Positions 25,385 through 39,304 of a DNA stretch of 64,000 nt are shown piece by piece. Every line of letters begins with the position of its first letter. The first letter of the stretch is position 1. The notes under the pieces were generated by a model. The model was not told the origin of the DNA and did not search any database. It saw only the letters and a program-made list of their open reading frames with translations. The DNA comes from Microbotryum violaceum. Taxonomy: Eukaryota. Position numbers and translations under genes: made by a program. The stretch lies in NCBI GenBank assembly GCA_001244265.2, contig CDLV01000014.1, forward strand, positions 1,116,001 through 1,180,000, read 5' to 3'.

Positions 25385-28300
25385 ATGGGACTTATTGACC
25401 CGGCTACCGAGTGAGTTCCATCGCGGGTATATCGCTCGCTCGCTCTGCCCCTTCCCCCACCCCACCACCACTCGTCGCGCGCGAGCACGCTCTCGACCGG
25501 ACGACACTCTCAGTGACCGCGGAGCCAGATCTGACCCTATGATGGGCGTGTAACCTCGCAGAACGGCAGTGAACAAGATCATCCAACCCACCGATCGAAT
25601 CAGGGCATGCACGACCGTCAATGAAGTCGCTCGAGACGCCAAGGGGAACGTTAACCCGGGTGGGAAGCGCTCGAGGAAGTACCTCGCCGTGATTGTCAAT
25701 TCGAGGAGCGAGGTCGACCAAGCGCTGTGCGTGTGCGCGATTTTCTTGAGCGCGATCAGTCTCAAAGAGTGTGACTGATGGGTAGTATGGCGCCGCGCAC
25801 AGACTCGTGCTCTTTCATAGGCCGGCGACACCTTCCATCACGGCGCTCGTGCCGCTCTACTCGGACTTTCAGCTCTCGATATCCCAGACCAACGCTTCCT
25901 CCTCCTCAATGATCGCATTGGACTCCAATACCCCCCTCATACCCGATTTCCTCCGAGCACGGTTCATCATCACCTTGTCCTCCCCCAGTTCCGATACGCC
26001 GATCGTGCTCCTCGAAGATGAAATCTCTTACCTCTCCGAAATCATCGCCGAGATCAAACGTCTACACGCGCTCGCGATCCAGCATTCCTTCGCCTACGAA
26101 GCCAACACCTCCCATGAATGGGTCGACAATTACGTTCTGACCCCTGCAAACTCGACCGCACCTTCGTTGGACAGCCAAACTTTGGCCAAATTCGATTTTC
26201 TCGCTTCAGCCTACTCGAAGCGAGGCAGGCAGGCGAGTTTGCTCCCCGTAACGGGCGCGGCGACGTGGGGGAATGATGACGAGTCCGAGAGGGTGAGGGA
26301 AGAATTGGTCCGGGAGCAGAGGGCGAGATGGGTTGTCGAGCAATTGAACGAACGGGAGGACGAGTTTACGCTCAAGGAAAACATCAAGTAGGTCCACCCA
26401 GAGTGGATCGCAGTGAGCATACCGGACTGATGCGCACCTGCCTGGAGCGTAGGGTCTTTTGCTCGACCTACAACATCAATGACAAGATGCCCAAACCGGA
26501 TGACGACCTCTCACCTTGGATAGGGGATGTGGGCAACGCCGAGTTGTTGGTCGTTGGGTTTCAAGAGTTTGATCTGTCGACCGAGGCCCTGTGGAGGTAC
26601 ACGCCGACGAGGGAGGATGCGTGGAGGACCGAGTTGATGAAGGGGTTGGGCGAACAGGCTAAGGATTATGTCAAGGTGAGCTTTAGAGCAATCTAGAGTT
26701 GAGCTGGTCCAGGCTGATGTTTTCCCTCTCGCACGTGGCAGATCTGTTCACGACAACTCGTCGGCATGCTCTTGATCATCTTCGCTCGGAAAGACTGCTC
26801 GCAATACGTCAGCAAGATCTCGGCCAGCCACTTGGCGACAGGGATCATGGGTCTCGTAGCGAACAAAGGCGCCGTCTCGATCCGTCTCAAGTACAAAGAA
26901 ACTTGGTTGACATTTGTCAACTCGCACCTCGCCGCGTTCGCGGGTCAAGTGCCCGCGAGGAACCAGATGGTCAAGGATACCGAAAAGTACTTGGTCTTTA
27001 CTGAGGGAACTACCGTCAAGGGGTTGCCGGTCGATCCTTGGGTACCGAATTTGAGACCCGAGGTGGAGAAGACGAGTGCGACGATGACGACGGTGTTTGA
27101 TTCGCATCATTTGGTGTGGATGGGGGATTTGAATGTGAGTCGCACCTAAAGTTGTAGTAGTTTCGGTTGATACTGAGCCGAGCGGCGTCTCCTTGATTGC
27201 GCAGTACCGAATCGAGCTTCCGCGAGCGGATGTGCTCCGCATGACCGAAGCCAAAGAATGGGACATGCTTCTCCAATTCGACCAACTCAAGATCCAACAG
27301 AAGCACAAGCTTGTCTTTGCCGAATTTGTCGAAGCGCCCATCACTTTCCCCCCGACTTTCAAGTTCGACATCGGGACTTTGACCTACGATACGAGTGAGA
27401 AGCAACGTACGCCTTCTTGGACGGATCGGATCATGTGGTTGTCGATCAAAAACGAAGGGGTAAAATGTTTGGAATACAAGAGCTGTCCAGAGGTGACGAT
27501 GAGTGATCATAAACCCGTGACGGCGATGTTGCAAGTCGAAGTGTCCACCGTCGTCAAGGAGAAGAGGATGAGGGTGCAGCATGAGGTCATGACCGAGCGT
27601 GAGTTGAAGTCGCAAGCTGTCAGATCAAGACTTATTTTCCATTGTACCGAGACGCCAAACTTGATTGTCACAGTGGATCAATACGACAACAATGCTTTGC
27701 CCGACGTCAAGCTCATCCCCGGACCGTCAATTCACTTCGACCGAGCGATCCGGTACCTCATCCCTCAAACGCAGACGGTCAAGATCGAGAACGTCGGTTC
27801 CGTCGTTGCGCAATGGTTTTTCACACTCAAACCTGGCGCCACGACGATTGCCCCTCCCTGGTTGTCGATCTCGCCCAGTTCGGGATTGCTGTTGCCTGGT
27901 GAACGAGCAACGGTCTCATTTACTATCCGCGTTGATAATCTGACTGCCCCGGCCTTGAACTTTGGCCCTCGAGACGAGCTTAACGACCTCTTGATCCTTT
28001 CGATCGAGAAGAAGGACCTCTTCCTCTCCGTCGCGGCAAGGGAGTACTTCCCGACCTGCTTCGCCTGCCCTTTGGATCGTCTAGCCCGTTTCAGCGAAGG
28101 GATCCGTACCTATTCGACCGCGCAACTCAAAGCGATCGCCGCCCACGACAGTGCGCCCTTTGCCGAAGACCGAGCCAAGATCCCTCGTCCCGCCGGAAGG
28201 ATGTTGGATTTCCTCGCCGAATACGCCCTCCACGTCGACGAGATCTTTTTGGTCCCTGGTGATCCGGAATTGGTGAGGGAGATTAGGGAATCGTTGGATG

Positions 28301-29446
28301 AAGGGGATGGGTTCCCTTTGGACAAATTGTTCCCGATGTTGGAGACTGTCGTTTCGGGGACAGCGTCGATGATGCATGCGGGAATGATTCCGGACATTCA
28401 TTCGACGGGGGGGCAGGAGTCGGGGAATGGGTTGGCGTTGCAGGAGATTGAGGAAGGAATTGAAGAGGCTTCGGAGGAGACGTCGACCCCGAGATTCAAT
28501 ACGTCACCTTTTGCGAACTCGCCAGCTTTGGATCCGGGGACACCGAGGACACCTGCGCTGACGCAAGACGTTGGACCGGAAGAGGTTGTCATTGGCGATC
28601 GCTCGTCAGAGGAAGAGGAGGAGGAAGAGAAGGGGGAGGCAGACGATGAGGTCCAAGAACCGGTCGAGACCGACATGGAAGCCGACATTGGAGCCCTTTC
28701 GCTCTCCCCTTCAATACCCTCCCGATTACCAGCACCCAAGAAACCGAACGCTACGGCCCCGCCAATCGTCCACGCGACAATCAAGGACGATCCCCGCCGC
28801 GCCAGCGTCGCCCCCTTATCCCAGACCCTTCGAGCCAAGGCGTCGGATTTGGGGGTGTTGAGTATGGGGGATTGTTTCTTGAGGTGGTGCGAGGCATTGC
28901 CGAACCCTATCGTGCCTTTTGGGCTGTATGAGGATGCGGTCAAGGCGGAGAGGAGGGAGGATGCGTATGCTCTGGTCGAGAGGATGCCAATGATTGTGAG
29001 TGCTTCCGCTGGTCCGAACGTTTTGTGACCCATTGTAACCGACTCTGCTCTTGTTGCGGGGGTTGCGGGGGGGTCGCTTGAACAGCACTCGAGTACGCTG
29101 TTGTACATCATCGCATTTCTGAGGGTCTTGGTACAGCAATCGACGGAGGAGTCGGAGAGGGAAGCAAGGTTGGATCGATTAGGTACGTTCTTTCGGACTC
29201 ATCATTGACGCCTCCTGAAATGAGCTCGACTGAATGCCGGATCTTTCTGCCCGAATAGCCGTGGTCTTTTCCACCGTACTGCTAAGACCTGACGCGACAG
29301 CTCCAAGCTCACCGGGATTGTCCACAATCCCTCTCGAAGCGATTCCGAGGAGGAGGAAACAGTTCGTCTTGTCGTTGTTGCAGGGGGAAGGTTTCGAGTC
29401 GTTGATGGGGTCCAAGAAGGCGGGGTTCGATGACGTGAGACTTTAG
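25385..29446 (+). CDS. OCRL/INPP5B-type inositol polyphosphate 5-phosphatase with ASH and RhoGAP-like domains, multi-exon
   Basis: STYNIN, VVGFQE, QLVGM, NKGAV, FVNSHLAA, WMGDLN-YRI, PPTFKFD, PSWTDRI, SDHKPV. ASH-like KIENVG..WLSISPSSGLLLPGE. RhoGAP-like IPR..EIFLVPG and LPNPIVP. Confidence 0.9.
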
Positions 29447-29756
29447 GGAATGAGTTGTAGAAGGGCGGAGTGGTAATCTATTGGTCGTTTCGAACATTCC
29501 GTGTTGAATTGAGATTGCTGAACGCCGAAAGTCGGCTGAGCTGGAGCTGGCCGCTGTGACGCGTGGGCTAGACTGATAGATCGACCGTGAGGCGCGTGAG
29601 CAGGCGTGAGCTCGCGTGAGGCGCAGTGTGAGGCAGGCGGGGCGCCCCACTCGTTGCTCGGCTTGGCTCGCACTTTTCGTCGGCTCGTCAGGTCAACATC
29701 CGCGCCTCGGTGGGGTCTCGGCACACGACAGTGATATACCCCAGGATAGGGACGAG

Positions 29757-32700
29757 ATGGTGACGTCCCAGAATGGAGGGCCGGCCACAGCTGCCTCTAC
29801 AGCAGCGGCGGCAGGTGCAGCACCAGCGGTGAGTTTGTCGTACTTGATCGGTGCGACAACGGACGCCTGCTCATCCCGAATCAGTACATCCTCTCCACAG
29901 TGGCGCCAATTCAGTTTCTTCTCCCAGACAGCCATCAGGGACCATCATGCACCTTCGCTCGGTGCACCGGAGATGCTGAGGCAGCCCGCGCTCATCTCGA
30001 CCATCAACGCCGGACCGACGTCGTCCTCCTCCTCCTCGGCAGGACGCCCCTCTGCCTCTGGATACAACCTTGTCGCCCAGGATGAGGAAGAGGATCTGGT
30101 CCTCGTCGCTGATGTGGATGGGAACGTGCATGTCTTGTCGGCCGATTACGAGGTCGTGAGGACGTGGTCGGCTTATGGACCGGGGGGGAGGTGCAGCCTC
30201 ATCCAGACCGTCAGGAATTGGAAAGGCATCGTCGTCACAATCGGAGTGAGTGAAACAACGAGAGAGACGTTGTGTTAGTAACGGGAGGCTAACGCGGCGA
30301 TCCCCTTTGCGTAGGAGGATTCCGCATCCCCCTTCCCTGTGCTCAAAATTTGGTACCTCTCGCGAACACGTTCCTCCTTCCCCGAGTCGATGCCGACCCT
30401 CCTACGCTTGGCCCGCATCAACCCTTCATCGCGACCCCACCCCGTCTCTGCACTGTCTGTATCCCCAGGCATGGTCTACATCATCCTTGGTCTCGCAGAC
30501 GGCACCGTCGTCGCGTTCAAGCACGTCGACCAACTCGTCGAAGCCTCGCTCGCTTCCGTCGTTGCCGCAGCCGCGTCGAATGGCGGTAACGCCGCCAATG
30601 CCGCAGCTGTGCTGGGTCTTGGGAAACTGAGGAATTTGTATTCGGGCAAAGAACCCATCACCGGGTTGGGGTGCACGCGCACGTATTCGAGTCCGACCCC
30701 TTCGAGTTCAGGCAAAAAATCGATCCCTTCTTCCGTGACACTGTTCATCCTCACCACGGAACAGATCCTATCCTATCCACTCTCGGCACCTTCTTCACGA
30801 ACCTCTTCGACGGTAGCGACTCCATTGGATGGGATGGGGGCGAACGTTGGGTGTTCGGCTGTGGTTCGTATGCAGGCGGGGGAGAAGATCGTCCTTGCTA
30901 GGGAGGAGGCGATCTACGTCTATGGGCCGGAGGGCAGGGAGAATTGTTTTGCTTACGAGGGTGAGTCGTGAAGCACGTCGAGAACCGGTACATGGAGGAA
31001 GAAGGTTTGATCCCGGTGTGTTTCCAACAACCCACAGGGCCCAAATCGTCAATACGCGTGCTCTCGTCCGCCATCTCGGCGGTCCCGACAGGCTCGACCC
31101 GATCAACCTACCTCGCGATCGTTTCACCTCCCCTCGTCGCCTCGAGCGCATCAGCATCCGCAACTATCCGCAACTATGCCAGAATGTCAGCCGCAAATGC
31201 CGCAGCATCCTCTTCATCATCACCTACGAATGGCTCGAGCTCGACCGATGTGGCCAAAGTGACGATTTTCGATCCGGAGAACAAGTTCGTCGCTTATTCG
31301 GGCACGTTCGAAGAAGGCGTCAGGGACGTATGGGAGGCATATGGTGCTGTTTGGGTGTGGAACGAAGGAGGGAAGGTATGTCCGTGCAAGGCATGTCCGT
31401 TTTTGAGGCTATGCTGACTGTTGAACTTCAACAAAGGACAGCTGTTCCGCCTGTCCGAACAGCCCCTCCAATCAAGCCTCGCGACCATGTACGGCAAAAA
31501 CCTATACACGCTGGCCATCTCGTTGGCGCAGTCCAGAAAAGTCGGCGCTTCTGAAGTCGCGGAAATCTATCGCAGGTTGGTGTACCTTTGCTGTGCTGTC
31601 CATCGCCCCCTCTTGGTGCTGACTCTTGCTTCTGGGTGGCAGGTACGGCGATCACCTCTATAGCAAGAGTGACTTTGAGGGCGCGATGAGCTGTTATCTC
31701 AAGACGGTTGGCTCGGTACAAGCGAGCTATGTCATCCGAAAGGTAGGCTCTCATCATTCACAACTTCCTAGGTCCGCGTTGACGATCAATACTTGGCGCA
31801 CAGTTCCTCGACGCGCAGCGGCTGTCGCATCTGACATCGTATTTGCAAGAACTGCACGCCCGCGGTCTCGCAAACTCGGATCACACAACTCTGCTCCTCA
31901 ACTGCTATACCAAGCTCGCCGACGACACGGCTCTATCTTCCTTCCTCCATTCTTCCTCCGACTCGTCAAAACCCACCCCGAAGTCTTCATCGACGGACCC
32001 TTCGGCTTCCACCTCCGTCGCCGACGAACCGCCCTTTGATCTCGAAACGGCAATCCGAGTCTGTCGTCAAGCCGGCTACTTCACCCATGCCTCTTGGCTC
32101 GCCTCGCGCTACCAAGCCCACCAACACTACCTCCGCATTCAGATTGAAGATGTCGAGAACATTGGCGACGCGCTCGATTACGTGCGTCGGTTGGATCCTG
32201 AAGTTGCGAGGGACAATCTAGTCAAGTACGGCAAGAGTCTGTTGGGTAAGGAACCAAGCAAAACGACGGAGGTTTTGATCGATCTGTGTTGTGGGACGTT
32301 GACCAAGGGCGGTGGGGGAGAAAACGGAGGGAAAGATCAGAATGGTGGGGTTGGCAAGGAGGAAAAGCAGGTTGGGGGCAAGAGTTACATGAGCTATCTC
32401 GCCTATGGGACATCAGCAGAACCAGCCCCTCCTCCACCTCCCGCGGCTACGACGTCGAAAGCGAACGGATCCCGGATACAAGAGGGATCTTCACAAGCTT
32501 ACCCTGGTACGGCTCCGGCCGTGCGTCAGGACGATGCCGCATCCACGCCTGTGCATCCATCCTCCCCTCTCCCAATGGGAGTCTCCGCCGCCCTCCCCAC
32601 CCCTCGTCAATTTTTCGCCCACTTTGTCGATCACACGACCGAATTCATTCGATTCCTCGAGACCGTAGCCGAACGACGATACGGTCGCAAGTTGACCGGT

Positions 32701-33997
32701 TCCTCGCAAGCTTCTTCGTCGGACCCGTTACCTGAACCCCAAAGTCTCGGGGCGAAGGAGATGATGCCCGATGACTCGAGGGACGAACAGGCGATTTGGA
32801 ACACCCTCCTCGAACTGTACCTCTCTCCATTCCCAACAATATCGACGACAGGCCCGGCAGAAGGGAAAGCGAAGGTCTCGCAAGAGGAATTGCGGCTGCA
32901 GGCAAAGGCGTTGCAGTTGCTTAATTCGAGGGGACGCATCCCTTACGATGAGACGCAGGCTTTGCTTGTGTGTTCGACGAGGGGATTTGAACACGGGTTG
33001 ATTTTGCTGTATGAGCATTTGGGGTTGTACGAGGATATCGTACGCTGTGAGTCATTCCTGGTCTCAAGTGGGCGAGAAGGACGCAAGTATGTTGACGATG
33101 CGAGACTTTGCTTCTGGATGTACAGATTGGATCGAAGCGTCGAGCACCCACACCGTGCCCAGCTCAAGAGTCATCACGGCCTTACGACGCTACGCCTCCT
33201 CGCAATCCACCCGACCCCGAGCACCATTGTACAAAATGGTTCTTCGGCACCTCACCTCGTCCCCTTCGCTCCTGCCCCGACATAGCCAAGACGTGCTCGA
33301 TCTCTTGGACGAAATCGATCGCGACGCCATCTTGTCCCCTATCAGTGTGGTACAGCTATTGAGCAGGGGTGGTGAAGGCGGGGCTAGTATCGGTTTGGTC
33401 AAGTCGTATTTGAAAAAGAGGTTGGCCAAGGAACAACAAGAAGTCGATGCCGTAAGTCTCTTCGGACCCCAAGCCTTGCTATTCCAACCCCTGACCCTCC
33501 CTCTCCCATCGACGTCACAGGATCAAGCCTTGATCAAGTCCTACCGCGTCGAATCGAATCGCAAACGCAAAGAGATTCAAGAACTCTCCGACCCCCAAAC
33601 GCCGCGCATCTTTCAAGTCACACGTTGTTCGGCCTGTGGTGGACAATTGGATCTCCCCGCCGTACATTTCATGTGTCGTCATTCGTATCATCAGAGGTGC
33701 GCGATCGCGAAGCTGGGAGCTCCAAGAAGGAAGATGTATCTAACTCCTAATCCGCTCTCTCCAACCACCGCACACAGATGCCTAGGCGAATCCGAATCGA
33801 CCTGCCCGTCGTGCGCGCAACAACACGGCATGATCCGCGAACTCCGTCGCGCGAACGAGGCCCTGGCTTCCCAACACGAGATCTTCCTCGCTGAAGTTGA
33901 GGAGGCGGAAGGCGATCAGGGGTTTAGGTTGATTGCGAATGCTTTTGGAAAGGGTTTGATGGGGTTGAGTTTGGAGGAGGGTGCGGCGGGGAAATAA
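29757..33997 (+). CDS. VPS11: Vacuolar protein sorting protein 11 (HOPS/CORVET core), multi-exon
   Basis: WRQFSFF, AREEAIYVY, YGDHLYSKSDFEGAM, SYVIRKFLDAQR, YLQELH..DHTTLLLNCYTKL, FDLETAIRVCRQAGY, RING IFQVTRCSACGGQLDLPAVHFMCRHSYHQRC. Confidence 0.95.
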
Positions 33998-34266
33998 CGA
34001 GGATGTAAAGGCGAAAGGTGTGGTTTGTGGATGTTTTTGCCTTTGTGGGAGTGGATGTGATGGGAGCACTGCTGTATTGCGCCAGATCGCTCGGATTATC
34101 CTTCTTTGCATGCGCTGCGATGACAACTTGGTACAGTCCCTTTCTCGCGGGATCACCGTCGGTGAGCTACGTGCAAAGCAAGTACTACAATTTCCAAATC
34201 GAAGAAAAACCACACAATCGCAAGAGCCCCTTCCTTCCTCATCAAAGCCCCCATCCTTCCCCCTCT

Positions 34267-35667
34267 CTACAACCCCAAAACCGAATCAAATTCATCCTTC
34301 TTGGGCAAAGGAGCGTTAGGGGTTGCCGGCGCAACAGTCTTTCGTGATGTCGAGCGTTGGGCCAAGGGGAGGTATTGGTCGAGGACAGAATCAAAGTCTG
34401 CGGTTTCGGTCCGATGTCGAAAAAAGGTCAGTTAGGGGCTCGATCGCAACCTCCGATCTCCCAATCTAGGAGTACAGAGAAACGTACCAGGTGCTTTAAC
34501 TCGAGGTGTATCGTGAACGAAGGGTGGGGGAGCAAGTTTGGAGGGGTCGAGTTGCAGTCCGACGGCGATGAGCCTTCGAAGCGTCGGGGCATCCATCTCC
34601 TTTTTGGGTGGTGCGGCGGGGGTCGGTCCCTAGCGAGGACCAAGACGGATCATCAGTCGCGTGTTCCTACGTGAGCTTTAGCAGACAGTTCAGTCCCAAC
34701 TCACCGGCTTGCCCTCTTCATTCTTTTTCCCCTTGCCCTTCTCGGACCCAAGCGGATGATCAATCTTTCCCAAGAACGCCAACACATCCCCCTTGGTCAA
34801 GATACCCTTGAAACCGGTCGCTTTGATAACTGACGCATCCTCAATCCCGGCCAGGGCCAATTGTCTCAGAACGCTGGGTAAGAGCGGTCGAGAGTGCTTA
34901 GGGACGACGTGGTGAGGTTCGGGAGAAGGGGAAGGGGAGGAAGGGGTTGATGTCGCTTTGACGGAGGGGGCAGAAGAGGCAGATTTTTGGGTCGGTTCGG
35001 ATTGGGGCAGGGATTCTTGTGGTGGTGGTGGAGAGGGAGAGGAGGAAGAGGAGGAGGGTGCTTCGAGGTTGGAGATGTCGTCGCCTTCTTCGGCGAGGAG
35101 TGCGATCAAGGACCCGACTTGGACACCCGAGGTACCTGCTTGGACCTGGACGGGAACACAACGTAAATCGGATTAGATTTGCTACTTCACCACCGCGTGC
35201 GCTACATTGCCACCCCTTCCGCCTCGGACTGTCATCTCCGATCCGCCGGCCCGATCCGCCGTTGGGGTGCAGCATCCTCTCTTCCAGCGCTGACCGATCC
35301 CTCAAACTGACCAAAATCTTGCCCATAACCCCATCATCCTGGGCCTCACAATCGATCGTCGCCTTGTCGGTCGACAGCTCCAACAAGACGTCTCCAGCAC
35401 TGAAGCTATCGCCTTGCTTGACTTTCCATTCGGTGACGCCGCCTTCGGTCATGGTCGGTGACATGGCCGGCATCAGCAGTTCGGTGATGGCGCGTGCGGG
35501 GAGGGTGGTGTGGACTGTGAGAGGGGGGAGAAGGAGGGGTTAGTTTCTGGTGGTGAACCAAGTATGATGATGCCTCCCGCCTCCCGCCGCCCGCCGCCCG
35601 CCGCCGCATCAGAGTTCAGGGGCTCACACCACCTCGGTCGGTGGGGGCGGACAACGCGACGACACGA

Positions 35668-35752
<85 letters not shown>

Positions 35753-35857
35753 GCGACCACGAGCGACACGAAGGCAAGAACACGCACAAGATCGAGCCAC
35801 CACGGCAGTCTGAACCCACTTGCGACTCGCGACGCGCATCGTCATCGTCGACAACAT
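34267..35857 (-). CDS. PDX1: Short pyruvate dehydrogenase protein X / E3-binding-like protein (lipoyl plus E3-binding domain)
   Basis: Presequence spliced to [30 protein letters not shown] (lipoyl Lys), [23 protein letters not shown]. No acyltransferase core. Confidence 0.8.
35669..35758 (+). repeat. (ACGACC)14 hexanucleotide microsatellite in the first intron of the PDX1-like gene
   Basis: Perfect units 35669-35752 followed by one variant GCGACC. Confidence 0.95.
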
Positions 35858-36579
35858 GGTGGCCGGGGCTGGAGGTGTGAGCGGGAGAGAGCCCCGAGTT
35901 GGGCGGCGGAGAGAAGGATCCGATTTCGCAGTCCAGTCCTCCATCGACCAATCGCCGCGCGAATCGATTTTGATCGATCTCGACAGCGCACGTGGAAAGA
36001 GCTCCGCGCGCACTCCTCCTCCTCGAGGCTTGATCATCACTATCAAGAAACGATGTCTTCTCCTCGTTCCTCACAACCCAGTCTTTGAGAAGAAGCACAT
36101 GACAATCTGAACGATGAGAAAACGAGGTGCATCGAGAGACCAGACCCAAAAAACGAACGAGCGACACGGAAAACAAAAGGAAGAGCAAGCACAGACAAGT
36201 AGTAAATCACGACAAGACTGAAAGAGAACCGATTCGACTTGCCAAGGAGAGGAAGTGGATCTTGATCAAGCTGGAGACGGGAAGTCGACCAGAGAGCGAT
36301 TTTTATCCCGAGGAGAGGAGCGAATGGACCGAGCGAAAGAGTGGAGTAGGGAAAACACAAGCCAAGGCGTAGGTATGGTCAGAGTGTATTTTATTAAGTG
36401 AAGCAAAAAGAAAGCCGCACAAGAAGAACGCAAGAAGTAGTATGTATGCGGGAGCGAGCCAAGAAAGGAAAAAGGAACTCCGGCGCCATTGATTGCGAGA
36501 AAGAGCGAGAGACACAGTGTGTGTGTGTGACAAGAGAGAGAGAAGTAGTGAAACAATCGACAACCAGAAATCCGCGAAT

Positions 36580-38233
36580 TTACGAGTCGAGATATGCCGT
36601 GCCCTGTAGTGAAGATCCTAGATTAAGTCAATTTCCCAACTCCATGCACGGGAGCCCCGCCAAAACATGCACCCACCTCCCAAGAGTCCTCGGTGATCGA
36701 CTTCCACCCGGCAAAGATGAAGACGATGGAGATGAGTTCGAGGAGCGAGGCCACGAACGATCCGTCAACCTTGGCTTTTGTGCCCATGCAGATCTTGTGG
36801 CTCAGCGCAAAGTAAGCGCCTTGCGAGAGGATGAAGGCCCCAGCGGCCATCGTGAACAAGACTGATTACAAGATTCCAAGTCAGCTCCTTGCCTGTTCGC
36901 CTCGTATCCACGCCACCCCGGCCAACTCACAAAGAGGCTTCTTCTCCCTGAGCACCCGAACAACGACGCCAAACTGAACCAAGAAGTAGAACCCAGCAGC
37001 GGCTGCGGGCCAGATGATGGTGAGGACAAACAACCAGATCGAGTGCAGGTCTTGCGGCGGGTCGGAGCGGAAATAGTTGGTGACGGTGAAGCCCGTGTCG
37101 AGCGCAATGTAGCCCGATCCGACCGAGAGCACGATCGTGCCGATCAACATGGGGACGATGGAGAGCAATGTGCCGTCCTCGACGATTTGCAGCGACAGGA
37201 ACGCGAGCCATGCGAGGACCCAGAAAAGACCGACAAGCAAGCCAAGGTGAACACCCGAGATCCACGTGAGCGCCGTCGAGCCGACCTTGAGCAACGCGCC
37301 CGTATCTGCCAACTGTGCGCCCTGCACGAGACAGAACATCAACAGAAACACCTGCATCTCCTTGCGTGCGACGGCGGCCGTTCTCCTGCCGGCCATGACG
37401 CAGAGCGCAATCCCGATGAGGACCGAGAGACCGCAGACGGCGATGTTGGCGACGTTCCCGAGCGAGCCGTTCTGGCCTCCGACGGCGTGCATGCGAGAGA
37501 TATAGCACGACGGTCTCACTCCGACACCGAGCGTTTGTAGTGTCGATTGGATCTCTGCGGCATCGGTCGGCAGTCCCAGGAGATCGGTCGCGGGTGCAGC
37601 GAGGCCCTTTGGGTCTGTGAAAGAAAGCCGGCAAACGGTTTGAGAAGGCGAGCGGAAGCGTGGTCAGTGCACTTGCTTCACACTAGGCCACCCGCATGAA
37701 TCACGCCAGGCACGCCATCCTTGGTATGTCCCAGATGTAGTCCGATCCTTTATAATTGATCTCCCTAACCCTTAGTTACCCCACGTAGGATGGAACATAG
37801 CCAGCAACCCGACAAGACGATCTAGCCTGATCGGCGCCTGCGTATCGGTGTTGTCGGCGCAAGCCTTCGATCGTTTCACGCGAGTCCGCCTTCGACGCTC
37901 ATCGCTGTTTCAATGCCGCCGGATGAAATGATGGGTGCAACACTTACGGACGAGCAACTGTCGGAAGAACAGGTTGCAGGCGGGGAATGAGGGTACCTCA
38001 CGACATGCCTGCAATAGGACGCAATGGAGAGTATCAGCAGCTGGCAGCGAGGATAGCAGCAGCGAGCAACGACGACGACGACGTCAGGCATTCCTGAGCC
38101 CGCCGATCCACCGACCAGGCCCAAACCGGGGTGGCTTCACAGCCCTAGAACAGCAATCGACGTAGCGGGCCCACAGCTCGCCTGGCCAAGGTAGACCTAC
38201 CCAGTCAAAGTTGCCGAATTTGAACAGGACCAT
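36580..38233 (-). CDS. CHS7: Chitin synthase export chaperone (Chs7 family), multi-exon
   Basis: MVLFKFGNFDW-ACREVP..CNLF, RRTAAVARKEM, QIVEDGT, multiple transmembrane helices, KVDGSF, WKSITEDSW. Confidence 0.88.
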
Positions 38234-39304
38234 GGTGTGTAGCCTGTCGAGTCGTCGTCGAAGGGATCGTACGCACACGCAGCAGCTCGAATGGTTGTTG
38301 ATCGAGAGGCGGAGAGGGCGGACAACGGGGCGGTGAGCTTGGGGGCCAAGGCGGAAGGTCGCGCGGGATTACAACTCTGCGTCGCTCGCCCCGGTCCAGA
38401 ATGCAGAGATTCGAGACTTTCTCCTTTCGAAATGGAGCTCGCAGCTCGGGACCAACGCGATCGAGGAATGCCCAGACTTGGGAAATGGAGCAAATGTCGA
38501 TGTGAGAAGTGTGAGCGGTGTGAGCGGGATTGTAAAATTCGTATGGTTTGTTTTTGGGTTAGATGAAAACGAGTCCCTTGTCGGCAGTTGTCTGCTGGTG
38601 TGATCGAAGGCCAATCGAGAGGAGATCCAGTGCCAGTTGTCGTCAGTTTCCGAACACGAACACTCTACTATCACCGTGCATGGAGTTGATTCTCGACAAA
38701 ATAATGGGGGGTTCTCCCACCTCAGACCTAGCAGGAAACGTTGCTCACCACCTGGTCAACGCCTCCAAGTCGGCACTGAACAGTCGCTACGTATCTCGGT
38801 GATCTCCTCTCGGCTGGGCGGCACGGCCGGTCGAAGCGTGGTTGGATTTTGAAAGGCCAAATTCGGGTCCGAGCGAGAGCGAGCGTCCAAACTACGAAGT
38901 ACAGAGGCGTCGAGCTGTTCTTGATGAAATGAGGGACAACTGAACCCTTAAGGAGGATGACGACGACGTGTGCAAGTAAAACCTAGGGACGACTAGCCGC
39001 GAAACGCACAGACCAGCAGCTCAGTTCGCCCGTAGGAAATAGGAGGAACTCGTCACGGGCCACCCAGCAGCTTTGATCATCAGGTGGGCACTGGGCAGCT
39101 CCACCCCCTGAGGTGGGGTGTTCGGCCTAGCCCCGTAGCTAGAAGAAGAGAGAGGCTGATGTACTACTTGGTTTCTGTTGTTGTTTTGGCTGCTGTACCG
39201 CCTTGACATCATGGCGACAATTTTTTTAAGCTTCGCTGCAAATCGCAAAACCTCGGGCATCGCCGCCGAGGCAGCCACCTAATACGTAGCGCGTAGCGCG
39301 TAGA

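Noticed and set aside
35473-36188. ORFs with poly-V, poly-T, (HD)n, (RG)n and (SW)n tracts
   Set aside because: All are translations of the intronic (ACGACC)n microsatellite.
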